Below, piece by piece: positions 25,026-38,405 of a stretch of 64,000 nt of DNA (the stretch's first letter is position 1; every line of letters starts with the position of its first letter). Both the position numbers and the translations under genes were made by a program. The DNA comes from Octopus vulgaris (Eukaryota): NCBI GenBank assembly GCA_951406725.2, contig OX597826.1, positions 1,798,001-1,862,000 of the forward strand, given 5' to 3'. A model generated the notes under the pieces. That model was given only the letters and a program-made list of their open reading frames with translations. It did not search any database and was not told the DNA's origin.

Positions 25026-26850
25026 GTTGAGTTGCCAGTGGGCCCTTTGCAATGATTTGCTTGGGAGCTAAAAATACTGCTGATATGGCCCTTTTGTCAC
25101 TTTGGGTACTCTTAGTGGTGTCTACGTTGTTGCAAGCACTCCGCTAAGGTCACCGATTTGCAATTATAATCTTTCCTCTGTTCCACCAGAGTTTGCGAGA
25201 CCCTGTAATGGGTCATGCTTCTCTCTCCCAGACTAAAAGATAAAGACCCCCCCCCAAAAAAAACGTGCACGTAGCAACATGTTGACACACGCATACATGC
25301 ACTTTATATATATATATATATATAAATTCAGTTGAATTAGGTACTCAAGTTGAAGCACCAAGTCAATCCGGTATATATGTATGTATATATATATATATGT
25401 AAAACTTACTTGGAAAAGGATGCCTGGCGTTCGATCATATAATAGTATAAATAATATATAAATATATGCATATATACATACATATATGTACATACATACA
25501 TATATATGTATATATACATGCATATATGGGTACAAGACATAAAAAACGTTGAACACAATGAGAAACGAAAACATAAAAACAAAAACATAGAAACGAACTT
25601 TTTTCGAACAACAAAAAAAATACAAACAAACAGAGAAACGAGACATACAACATAAAGAATATCCCCCTTCTTTAGTTGTCCCTGTTTCAACTACTCCGCG
25701 TTTCGAAGGTAAGGACAAGACGCAACTTCGTTGAAACAGTCCTTCGCGTCGGACGAAGCGCGGACAAATGGCGGGAGTAACTCGGACTCTAGATACATAC
25801 ATACAAACATACGTACACGTTTTAATATGTGTGATTTATATGTCTGTCTACCTAATGACTGAAACAAGTAAAAGATAAAAGATACAGACATACTGCACAC
25901 GTACACAGAGAGAATGGCACAATCACACACAGAGAGAATGGCACAATCACACACAGAAAAGCACGAACACAATGCCAACATTCTTGTTTTAACCAGTTTA
26001 TTTTTCTCCAATCTTTTCTTCTTAACCACACAGCCATGCCTTCATTAATTTGCTAAATCTATAATTAATACAGAAAATAAAATAATTACATAACAAAGGA
26101 ACAAAATTATATCGTTTTCTTGTTGTTTAGCGCCAAGTGAGCCCTCAGTGAGCAGAGCTACGGTCGAAAGTATTCAGTTTGTGACCATCTCGTCATATTT
26201 TTAAAATTATATATTTAGGACCACATTGTCGAATGTGTTCCCTTTTCCCCAGAACGGTGTAGTGTGCTTTGAAGAAGAATTAGCCACCCGTTATAGAATG
26301 TCGAATGCCTAGGTTAGGCTTGTCTCGTTGCATCAGAAGCTATGACGCGCATGAGATATCGTCTGCTCTTTCCATTTACTTTCAGTGTTTCACAGTTGTC
26401 TATGTAATCTATGTATCTTCCTCACTAGAGACACGTCTTTCTTTCTATCTATCTATCCTTCTTTCCTTCTTACTTTCTCTCTTTCTTTCTTCTCTCTTTC
26501 TTTTCTTCTTTCTTTCTTTCTATCTATCTATCCTTCTTTCCTTCTTACTTTCTCTCTTTCTTTCTTCTTTCTATCTTTCTTTCTTTCTCCCCTCCCTCTC
26601 TCTCTTTCTCTCTCTCTTTCACTTCCGCTATGTAGTGGTGCTACCTTGTCACCCTCCCTTTCTCTCTCTTAAATTCCTGTTATCCTTCCTCGTATCTGCA
26701 TCTTACACGTTAATCTCTTCCTTTTCCCTCTCCTCTTCCTCTTCTCACTCACTGTTTCATTAGTATATCACTTTACTCTCTTTTTCTCTGTGGTTTCTCA
26801 AAGCGTACATATACACATACACGCATTCACCTTCGAATATTATGGCAAAT

Positions 26851-26909
<59 letters not shown>

Positions 26910-27044
26910 GACGTATTGAAGTAATCAATCGATGCTTCAAATACGTACATACAAGTAAATGCATACTTACTCAACGTCGGTAATTAGTTCTAAGATATGC
27001 GACTTAACTCGAAAAACGACGTAACGCGAAAAATATTTAAAAAT

Positions 27045-27433
27045 AGGAGTGGCTGTGTGGTCAGTAGCTTGCTTACCAACCAAATGGTTCCGGGTTCAGT
27101 CCCACTGCGTGGCATCTTGAGGAAGTGTCTTCTACTATAGCCTCGGGCCAACCAAAGCCTTTTGAGTGGATTTCGTAGACGGAAACTGAAAGAAGCCCAC
27201 CGTATATATGCATATATATGTGTGTGTGTGTGTTTGTGTGTCTGTGTTTGTCTCCCAACATCGCTTGACAACCGATGCTGGTGTGTTTACGTCCCCGTAA
27301 CTTAGCGGTTCGGCAAAAGTGACCGATAGAATAAGTACTAGGCTTACAAAGAATAAGTCGCGGGGTCGATTTGCTCGACTAAAGGCGGTGCTCCAGCATG
27401 GCCGCAGTCAAATGACTGAAACAAGTAAAAGAG
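27045..27433 (+). mobile_element. SINE family A full copy
   Basis: Near-identical to 14845-15240. Confidence 0.93.
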
Positions 27434-27760
27434 CTTATTTCTGTTTTAATAAACGATTTGTATATATTTTGACATGAGTTCAATTCCTGTTTTTGTCTTC
27501 ATTTTGTCTTGGTTTGTTAGTGTTTCATTTTAAATTGTTATGCCTCAAATGTTCGCGGAGACCGACGCAAAATGGGGCAAATCAACTGAAATTGAGGCTT
27601 ATTTTAATTTCTTACGAAAAAGAAAAACGACTTAAGTCGAAAACAACGTAAGCTGAGATATGCCTTTACAAACAAATATGCGCATATAAGCAAACATATC
27701 TTTCTTTTATTCCCCCCCTCTATCTCTCTCCAATTTCGCTCTTTCTCTCTCTCTCTCTCC

Positions 27761-27810
<50 letters not shown>

Positions 27811-28220
27811 GTTTCACGCTTACATGCGCGCACACACTCAAATCATCCGCACACTTACTTATGTACACTTGTACATCTGGGTCCAGTTACGCGGGTGGGT
27901 TTATACGGATATAGACTAGACACCTTAAAAGAGAAACACTCGTATATATATTACCTGTAATCATATTAAAAAAAAAACTCCACCCGTATGTATCCACACA
28001 CACACACAAACACACACACACACGTACACACACACGTACACACACACACAGCATTACTGCTCTTCCTTCTTTAGAGAGGAAATGGAAATAAAAAATAAAA
28101 GAAAAAAATATCCATCATCTGCTCTTCTGCCAGAAAATTTTGTCAAAATGACATAGGGTGCGGTGAAGTATCAAATTATATGTGTGTGTGTGTGTGTGTG
28201 TGTTTGTGTGTGTGTGTATG

Positions 28221-28296
<76 letters not shown>

Positions 28297-28399
28297 GTAT
28301 ATATACATGTATACGTATATACATTTATATGTAAGTATCTATCTATTTATATATATATATATAAATATATATATGTATATATATATATGTATATATACA

Positions 28400-28437
<38 letters not shown>

Positions 28438-28524
28438 TATTAGAGACAAAACCACTATTTTGCAAAACAAACAAGGAAAGACTTAATCAATACATAAAAT
28501 TTTAATAAATAGTCAAAAAAACCG

Positions 28525-28567
28525 TCACTACAATTGTTTCTTGTCTTGATCGACAATCTTCAGGTGG
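28525..28567 (-). ncRNA. Minimal type I hammerhead ribozyme (mirror copy)
   Basis: ccac-CTGAAGA-ttgtc-gatcaa-gacaa-GAAA-caattg-TA-gtga. Confidence 0.78.
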
Positions 28568-28615
28568 ACTTCCAATAAGTCAGTTTCAAATTATTGAAAC
28601 TGACTTATTGGAAGT

Positions 28616-28658
28616 CCACCTGAAGATTGTCGATCAAGACAAGAAACAATTGTAGTGG
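28616..28658 (+). ncRNA. Minimal type I hammerhead ribozyme
   Basis: ccac-CTGAAGA-ttgtc-gatcaa-gacaa-GAAA-caattg-TA-gtgg. All core bases are present, stems I and II are perfect, stem III is palindromic, GUA triplet. Confidence 0.85.
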
Positions 28659-28878
28659 CGGTTTTTTTTGACTATTTATTAAAATTTTATGTATTGATTA
28701 AGTCTTTCCTTGTTTGTTTTGCAAAATAGTGGTTTTGTCTCTAATAATATTTTATAATATTTTACTATAAAATTGGATTTAATCCTAAATCTGATTTTTT
28801 CCCTGTAAATTTGGATTTATTCCCTAATATTTATTATTTATATATATATATATATAAATATATGTATATATACATACA

Positions 28879-28974
<96 letters not shown>

Positions 28975-28986
28975 CATATATATATA

Positions 28987-29275
28987 TGAGGGTGCATGGC
29001 TTTGTGGTTAGGATGTTGCACTCGCTAGATCGTGATTTCAATTCCTAGACCGGTCGGTGCATCGTGTTCTTGAGCAAAGCACTTCATCTCACGTTGTTCT
29101 GCGTCACTTCGACACCTGACACGTGGTACACCGTGCACCTGTTCAGGTAACGTCGATTTGATGGGGGGAAGGGGTAGGCTACATCACATACATTAAATCT
29201 CTATAGACAAATCATTTGTGCTGTTTATTCCAGCAAAAGCTGAACGCTCAGGCATTGTCTTCGATGGGAGAGTCT
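28987..29275 (+). mobile_element. SINE family C, diverged
   Basis: gagggtgcatggctttgtggttagg...gttcttgagcaaagcacttcatctcacgttg. Confidence 0.7.
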
Positions 29276-29283
29276 ATCGTATA

Positions 29284-29902
29284 CAGGGTGTCCCAAAAGT
29301 CACTGATAGATTTCAGTTTTTAACAACTTCTTTAACTTTACAAATAAATGCATGAAATTTTAATACAATATAAAAGGACATAATGGAAATTAAAATGCAA
29401 AAGTCAAATAATGCAACACCACTACATCACATATGAAAAATGACATCGCTTAAATGGTAGACATTTTCGGCTTCGCATGCCTTGCTCTTTCCAAAATTTG
29501 CACTATAACACCCTCAAGAGTTTTGGACCCCACTTCTCTGATTTCTCTATTGATTTATATATATATATTGAGGGTCTCCGGTTTGTTGATGTAAACCCTC
29601 TCTTTCAGGTATTCATGATTGAGGCCTTTTTGCGCCGGCCATTCAAAGTAGACTTCACACATGGTTCCAACAAGATGGGGCAACTGCTCATACTGCAAGA
29701 GAAACAATGCAGTTGCTACGGCAGTGTTTTGGGGAGAGAATAATCACCCGCCACTACAGCAATGTCAACTGGCCTTCATGTTCCCCAGACTTGACTAGCC
29801 CGGATTTTTTCTTGTGGGGTTGCCTGAAAGAGAGGGTTTATGTCAACAAACCGGAGCCCCTGACGCAACCGAAGGGGAATATCAATAGAGAAATCAGAGA
29901 AT
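29284..29902. mobile_element. Rearranged Tc1/mariner (DD41D/rosa-like) transposase remnant with one TIR
   Basis: TA+cagggtgtcccaaaa TIR. Plus strand from 29662 reads WFQQDGATAH..WPSCSPDLTSPDFFLWGCLKERVY (42 residues between the two Asp). Minus strand 29430-29612 reads YLKERVYINKPETL..HLSDVIFHM*. Confidence 0.85.
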
Positions 29903-30147
29903 AAATTCTAAACGATAACATAACACCAAATTTAATGGATAAAAATTTCTCTAAAACACCTCTCCTTCACAACCCGCACTACAACCTAAGTACCCGCGCT
30001 CATATCCAAGGAAGATTACTGATATTCTGTTAAAGAATTTACATTAAAACCGAATAATTTCTTAAAAAATTTTTTTTTTGAAAGTGTATCAAGTAATTTC
30101 ACAAAGACTTATATATATCTATACACACACACACACATACATATATA

Positions 30148-30181
<34 letters not shown>

Positions 30182-30188
30182 TACATAC

Positions 30189-30286
<98 letters not shown>

Positions 30287-30677
30287 GATATGTAAACTTA
30301 TACATAAAAGCAATTTAACATTGAAGAATCATAGATTACCTTTAGTGGACTACATATTTATTACCTTTTTTACGAGGAAAAAGTTGACAATGACTTCGAA
30401 GTTTAGATTTACCAACAGTCTCAAATCATATATATATAGACACACATATGCATATATGGGTACAGGACGTCACCAACAGTAGACAACATCAAATACGAAA
30501 ACAAATGAGTTCAATACGCAAACAACGATAGAAGCAAATAGAAAACAGGACAAGTAACATAAAGAACGACCCTTCATCAGTTGTCGACCTTCTGTCTACT
30601 CCTCATTTCGAGCATTGAACAACAATATGAGTTTTCGAAGACAGTTGCTCCCATACGTACCAAAAAAAAAATTTGGA

Positions 30678-30727
<50 letters not shown>

Positions 30728-32150
30728 ATATGTATATATACACTTATGTAAGTAAATATGCATGTATGAATGTGTGTATGTATATGTGTGTATGCATGTA
30801 TGTATATATGAATAGAACCATACATATGAATATATACACGCATCTACGTATTTATAATAAGTATATATATATGCGTGTTTGTATGTATACATGTAAGTAC
30901 GTATGCATGCATAGGTATGTGTGTAACCACTTCGCTAGAAGTGCATGTGTAGATGTGTGTAAATGAGCGTGTATGAGAGGTTCACATTCTATTGTGTGTG
31001 TGTGTGTGTGCGTGCATGTATGTGTGTGTTTCTATATCTCGTTATGTGCGTTTGTGTTCATATAAGTATACATCTAACCGCACACCCGTATGAACGCGGC
31101 GTGGGGTGTCTATTTTTGACGGCACGATATTGACACGCCCTTACTCATAAGCACGTGTGCAAGAAGCATGCATACGCACACACACATGCGACCGCATAGA
31201 ACTGCACACACACACACACACACACACGTTATGGACATAACTATACACTGTCACACACAGACTAATACACACTTATGCACACAGCTAGGCAAACAGCTAT
31301 GCACATATCCACACACACACATACATGTACACATAGATATGCTCACGCACGCACACACATAAACAAATACATGCTCACAGACACATGCACACACACATAT
31401 ACGCATAGCTCATCCTCAAACAAGTGGGTGCCATGAATAGAGCGCTATCTCCTAATTTGTGTGTCTTTATTTATAGAGATCTCAATTAACGCATTTTGTT
31501 ATATGGCGGTGGTGGTGTGGGAGGGGTTAGCTGTGTATATGTGAGAGAGAGAGGAGGAGGGAGAAAGGGAGACAAACTTGAAGAGAGTGAGAAAGCAGTA
31601 GATAGAGAGGGGAGAAGGTAACTAGTTGAGGTAGACTATGAGAAGAGAGAGAGAGAGAGAGAGAGAGAGCAGCAGCAGAAGAAAGAGAGAGCACAAGTGC
31701 ACCGGAGAGAGAGGGAAGGAGAGAAACGGAGAGAAAGAGAGAGGAATAAAGTGTGAATAGGGGAGAGGAGGAGGAGAAGAAAGGAGAGGTTGATAGAGAG
31801 CAAAGAAGGAGAAAGAAAGCTGAGAAAGTAAAGATTGAAGAAAAGTCATAGACATATTCATAAACTCACAGACACACATACAGACATGCATATACATACA
31901 TTATATGTGTGTGTGTATCTATGCATATTTATATACATAAATCAACATATATATACGTATATATGTATAAATATATTCAGAAATATGTATATATACTTAT
32001 ATATGTATATACACACACATACACAAAGAATATCTATCTCATCCGAAATTGCGAGGATGACTGAAGATAGAAAGCTTCGAAATGTCCCGTCCTTGTTTTT
32101 TTGTATCGTCTATCTAGATGTTTTACATTCTTGTCCCATTTTGTATTTTA

Positions 32151-32186
<36 letters not shown>

Positions 32187-32240
32187 TGTATGTATGTATG
32201 TATGTATGTATGTATGTATGTATGTATGTATGTATGTATG

Positions 32241-32293
<53 letters not shown>

Positions 32294-32295
<2 letters not shown>

Positions 32296-33771
32296 TAGCT
32301 GACGTACCCGCTAATTCCTGGCAAAGCGGTTCCTGGGAACCTTATCCCTTGGTTCCGTTCTCATAATTGTTTCGCTAATCCAATAACAACAGTACAAAGT
32401 ATGTAGCCCTTAAAACGGTTTTTGTGCATTTACAGAGAATACCGAACTGTCTTACACAGGATCTTGTTTTTAGGAATTCCCAATAAGTTATGAATACCCA
32501 AATTGTGAAGTCAGTTATGTAATAACATGAAATTAGTTACCCGATAGTAAGAATTCAAATAAAGTAGCCCCGAAAAGGGCTTTAATGCGTTCCCAGAGTA
32601 TATAGAACATAGGAGGAAATACTAATAAGGTATGTATACTAAAATCGTGAAGCATGTTACGTAATAACAGGCTAATCAGATATGAGATAATAACAATTCA
32701 AAGTAAATAACTCTGAAAAGGGTTTTTGTGTGTTCCCAGAGAATATTACCCTCAGGGCGCTAGTGTTGGTATATTCGTGAATAAGTCACTAACCGAAATA
32801 AGTGGATCTATTGTTTAGGAAAATACTATTTAAATACCAAAATTGTGAAGTCAGTTATGTAATAACATGAAATTAGTTACCCAATAGTAAGAATTCAAAT
32901 AAAGTAGCCCCCGAAAATGGTTTTAATGCGTTCCCAGAGTATATAGAACATAGGAGGAAATACTAATAAGGTATGTATGTTAAAATCGTGAAGCATGTTA
33001 CGTAATGAGAAGGCTAATCAGATATGAGATAATAACAATTCAAAGTAAATAACTCTGAAAAGGGCTTTTGTGCATTCCCAGAGAATATTACCCTCAGGGG
33101 CGCTAGTGTTGGTATATTCGTAAATAAGTCACTAACCGAAATAAGTGGATCTATTTTTAAGGAAAATACTATTTACTTGTTTAAGGGTGGTACTGGATAG
33201 ATTGCGAAAATAACTCTAACAGTTCAAATACTAAGAAATAAGCATACTCAATTTCATTTTTACCAAATAATATTGGAAAATGAATGGGTTATTTTCCTTG
33301 GTTATATATAAGGATCCCTTCCAGGGGCGAATGTGTTATTTCCATTGGTTTTTAAAATAAAATATATTAGATATAAATCCTTAAATCCTTAAAAATGTTT
33401 TAGCCCGAAGGCCGCGGCCATGCTGGGGCACCACCGCTGAATGAGCTACACTAGTTTGTGAATCCACCTCTGATACGTGGCACTTGATCAACAAGGGAGT
33501 TCGATGCTGCTGCCCGCATCCGCGTCTCCTGTCGTGAGGTAGGTTCATCTGGGACTCCCAACAAGAAGAGATCCAGTTTAGTTTTAAAGAAACCCACATC
33601 CACACCATGTAAGTCTCTCAGGCATTTAGGGAGGATGTTAAAGGATCCATTCCAGAAGTCCTATTATCGATTTTTTTTCAACAATTTGAGGTTTCTAGAC
33701 ATGAGTTCTACTCGCGTGTGAAGTTTCATCAAAATCAATAAAACGATGTAGGAGAATTTCCCACGTATGTA

Positions 33772-33775
<4 letters not shown>
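32294..33775 (+). mobile_element. Helentron/HINE-like element with an internal 340-bp tandem duplication
   Basis: Starts actagctgacgtacccg after (TA)n and ends aagtttcatcaaaatc..(TA)n; 32493-32832 is duplicated at 32833-33175. Confidence 0.6.
33374..33646 (-). mobile_element. CR1-group LINE 3' end nested in the Helentron-like element
   Basis: Encodes FNILPKCLRDLHGVDVGFFKTKLDLFLLGVPDEP..RAAASNSLVDQ..*, then the UTR ggtgccccagcatggccgcggccttcgggct and an (AAGGATTT)n tail. Confidence 0.8.
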
Positions 33776-33865
<90 letters not shown>

Positions 33866-34092
33866 ATATATATATATGAGCAAATAAATTATCTTTATTG
33901 CTGAAAAGAACGAAACTGCAGTCTAAGAGGAACCGAGTTAGTAAATGTTTTTATCTTCATTTCACTAAATTTATCTAGCTTCTGTGTTTCTAGCACATAT
34001 TACGCCTTAATGTACTGATATATGAAAAATATATGGCTTGTGCTAGAAATACCAGCGATAATAATTATTTTAATTTTATCGCTATTTGACTT

Positions 34093-34171
<79 letters not shown>

Positions 34172-34172
34172 T

Positions 34173-34275
<103 letters not shown>

Positions 34276-34329
34276 CATACTAACAAGAATGGATAGATAA
34301 AAATCCATTTCAGTTTACTTCTCTTTAAG

Positions 34330-34545
34330 GCTACAGCTCCCGGTGACATCAATGATTTGAATGGTCACAATTCCTTTTGGCTTTGCATTCCTTCTGAGTC
34401 AACAATGCTGGCGCGGAGGCCCCCTTTACAACTGTTGGTCTCATCGAAAATTCGCGTCCCTCATTAACTCACAGACAATCCAAACACTATAGCTCCTAAT
34501 TCCATCATTACCAAATCTTAGAGTCCCAGTGTGTATCAGATCATT
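34330..34545 (+). pseudogene. Possible decayed LINE APE-endonuclease fragment
   Basis: GDIN..GHNSFW and VSDH-like motifs at plausible spacing, but frames are broken. Confidence 0.3.
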
Positions 34546-35013
34546 CGATCACAATCTAATGGCTACCCTGCAGTCTATTTCATCTCAAATCCGGACAATC
34601 CTAGTTGTACACCATCTCCATCTAGCCATAAATACTCGCCATTCTTAACCTGCCCAGATAGATAAGCACTTGCAGTTAAGCGGGTCGACTTTGTCATTGA
34701 TCAATTAGAAATCGATTAACCATTTGCTTTTGCAAAGCGTTTTTGTAAGTTTATCTTTTTGCATCCATTCTTGTTTCCAGACTTTTGGTTAGACCTTCTT
34801 TCATATGTTCCGAGTAAAATAAAGATTTCCTTTCAAAAGTTCTAATTTACACGACTGATTGAAAAACGAAATTGGATTGTGTATCATATATCGTCTTATA
34901 TGATACACATCCCATTTCGTTTTTCAATCCAAAGAAATCTATGTCCTATGTTTTATATGTGATACCCAGGACAGACAGAGGGTTAAGTAAGCGCCAGGTG
35001 AGAGAATAAGTTG

Positions 35014-35426
35014 GGATCTTTTCGGTTTGAACGGCAGTTTTTTTCCAGCGGTGTCATATAAAATTGTCACCCATAATTATGACTCTAGTATCGATCTATT
35101 GCATTTCAATCTGTTTTAGGGTAAGGGGTGGGGGGAAGGGTATCTTTTTTCTTCAGAAATGTAAATAAACCCAATCTGTTTCTTAAACGAGGGACATATT
35201 CATACGGAGCAGAATGTTTTTTCACCTCAATAGACGTCAGTGATTGGTTGAAATTGCAGAAATTGAAGAAAAAAAAACAACAAATATCTTACAAACTATA
35301 GAATTTTCTCAATAAAGCCAAGAGAAAAAGATGTTTTATAAACACATTCTACCAGTATACGAAGTTTAAAAGTGTTCAGTTACGTGGAAATTATGTTAAA
35401 TACAGCCGTTCAAACCGAAAAGATCC
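35014..35426. mobile_element. Merlin-like MITE with an 8-bp TSD
   Basis: TIRs ggatcttttcggtttgaacggc / gccgttcaaaccgaaaagatcc; TSD ataagttg at 35006-35013 and 35427-35434. GG termini with an 8-bp TSD fit the Merlin superfamily. Confidence 0.85.
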
Positions 35427-36018
35427 ATAAGTTGATATAATAGTACACATCTAATCATGACCCATTACAAATCCGTACCACCTGAGTCAATGTTAAGAAA
35501 CCTTGCTGGAGGCTAAACAACTTGAAGAAACGAAAAAGGTTTATATATATGAGAGAGAGAGAGAGAGAGATAGAGAGAGGGAGAGTGGGCGAGAGAGGGA
35601 GAGAGGTGGGGGTGGGGGTAAACGAAAACACACGGAAGATAGCTCAGTGTTCATTACCGAGGGTACCATGTACTGGGTACTTCCGTGGAAGGCCATTGAC
35701 CCTATATTGTCAGAAGGATTTTTAACATTTTTCTTTTAGGAAACTATTAACAACATTGTATCAAACTGATTCTCCTACCCTATACCATGTGTGTGTGTGT
35801 ATGCGTGTCTGTGTGTGCGTGCGTGTATGTGTGTGTGTATATATATATATGTACCTACACATTTGTATACATGCATAATTATGCATTTATGTATTTATGC
35901 ATATAATTACGTTTGTATTATATAATAAACACATATACGATGTATAAGTGTGCATGTGAGTGCTACACAGTCATATATATATATATGTATATACATATAT
36001 ATGTATATGTATACACAC

Positions 36019-36075
<57 letters not shown>

Positions 36076-36663
36076 CGTACATTCACATACGGACATTGGT
36101 AGAGTGTGTGCATAAGGGAATTAGCAGAAGAGAGACAAAAAGACAGGCGATGATGGAAACGATGGCAAGGGAAAGAAAGGAAGAAAGTGAAAGAGAGAGG
36201 GAGAGAGGGAGAGAAAGAAACAAAGAAAGAAAGAGAAGGTGAGGGAGAAAGAGAGAGAGAGAGAAAGAAACAAAGAAAGAAAGAAAGAGAAGGTGAGGGA
36301 GGAAGAGAGAAAGAAAGAAAAAGGAAGAAAGAGGGAGAGGGTGAGAGAGAAAGAAAGAAAGAAAGAAAGAGAAAGGAGAGAAAGATAAACAGAAGGAGGG
36401 TGAGAAAGAAAGTAAGAAAGAGAAGGAGAGAGAAAGGAAGAGAGAAAAAGAGAGAGGGCATGGCGGGGTGGACGGAAGATGGACTGGAAGTTTGCCAGTC
36501 TCGTTGGAGATGATAGAATCTTGAAAATTCTTTCGCACGATTTGCGAAAACAAAAACAAAAACTACTTCAATAAACAAAAAAGAAATAACAAATAAATAA
36601 CAGCAAAAACAAATATGTAACATTAAAACTATAATAAAACAACAGAAAAAAAAAAGAAATTTC

Positions 36664-36722
36664 GTTGCTAAGGAACCAACGAGGATAGCAGCTTCTCTGT
36701 TTTGTATCTGTTACTAAGCAAC
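36664..36722. promoter_or_regulatory. Pair of RFX X-box-like motifs
   Basis: gttgctaaggaac (36664-36676) and gttactaagcaac (36710-36722) in non-repeat sequence. Confidence 0.3.
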
Positions 36723-36764
36723 GCAATTTAGTATAGATTCTGTTTCAAACCGTTTCCTTATTTA

Positions 36765-37171
36765 TAAATCATCATCACCACCACCATCAACCGCATCATC
36801 ATCATCATCATCGTCTTGATCATCATCATCATCACCATCATCATCACTAACATTATCATTATCAAGCGTAAACCCTTGGGGTTATTAAATCATCATCATC
36901 ATCACCATTATTATTATCATCATTATCAACTCATCCTCTCCCCCGAAATGGCTGCCCTTGTGGCAAAATTTGAAACTATTATTATTATTATTATTATTAC
37001 TATTTGTTTATTTATTTATCCGCATTGCGGAGGAGCTGGTGCGTCGATGGAAGCAACAACCTCAATAACAACAAGAACAACAATTAAAATAAGAGTAGCA
37101 ACAACAACAACAATAACAACAACAACTGCAGCAGCAGCACTACCGCCGTCACCTCCACCACCACCACCACC

Positions 37172-37203
<32 letters not shown>

Positions 37204-37350
37204 CAACAACACTACCACCACCACCACCACTAGCAACAATAACAACAACAGCATCATCATCATCATCATCAACAACAACAAGAACACCACCTCCACCACC
37301 ACCACACCTACCACCATCACAACCACCAAGAACAGCAACAACCACAAGTA
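36765..37350. repeat. Trinucleotide microsatellite mosaic (CAT/TAT/AAC/CAC)
   Basis: Directly visible. Confidence 0.9.
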
Positions 37351-37482
37351 CTTTGAATCACTTGTAACAAGAAGCAATGACTTTATTTTTTATACGGCCA
37401 GGAAGAAACCTTACATGTGTCTATGCCTGAAAGGCGAAACTTACAGGAGTCATCGTATCACTTCACTAACACACACACGCAC

Positions 37483-37636
<154 letters not shown>

Positions 37637-38140
37637 TAAACATACACAACGAGCTTTCACACATAGGTCGGTCCAGGACAATAGTGGAAAACAATTACTT
37701 CAGGATCTGCACTGCAGGGTTGAACCTGGAACCACACGGTAGCAAAGCGAACTTCTTATCCGCAGGGCAAAGCATGTACCTTATCTACGGCGTTTTGCTT
37801 TTCCTTCATTAATCTGCAGTTTCTTTTCAGACCATATAAAGTAGATTCAAATTCAGTTCCTTAGTTCCCTATTGGCAAAAAGTACTTGGTCTTAATTTTC
37901 AGTTCTTTTATCCTTCCATAGTTTGAATGCTTTATTCACTGCACAATGCTTTCTTCTCAGACGATAAAGAATGGATTTTTTGATTTAATTTTGTTTTGTA
38001 AATTAACGAAATAAACTGAATTCTTGTTAACATTATTCGTCTCTTCTTTTCTGGAAAATTATTACTGATACAGCATTATTATTGTTCAAAATGATATATT
38101 AATTAAATAACCATCTGTATGTATACGCACGATTACACAC

Positions 38141-38202
<62 letters not shown>

Positions 38203-38208
38203 TATATA

Positions 38209-38242
<34 letters not shown>

Positions 38243-38369
38243 TATATATGCATATATATACATATATGCATATATATACATGTATATATATATGCATATG
38301 CATACACATACATACATACATACTTACATACATACATACACACATATGTATATATATATATATATATGC

Positions 38370-38405
<36 letters not shown>

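Larger units (their letters stand above)
28428..28756. repeat. Near-perfect ~160-bp-arm palindrome (PLE pseudo-LTR foldback)
   Basis: Arms are reverse complements around a 4-nt loop (atta, 28590-28593); (TA)n tracts lie on both sides. Confidence 0.93.

Noticed and set aside
30570-30615. Type II hammerhead (GAAA before CTGATGA on the minus strand; similar at 25665-25710 and 40985-41025)
   Set aside because: Stem II and III pairings are not satisfiable without using core bases.
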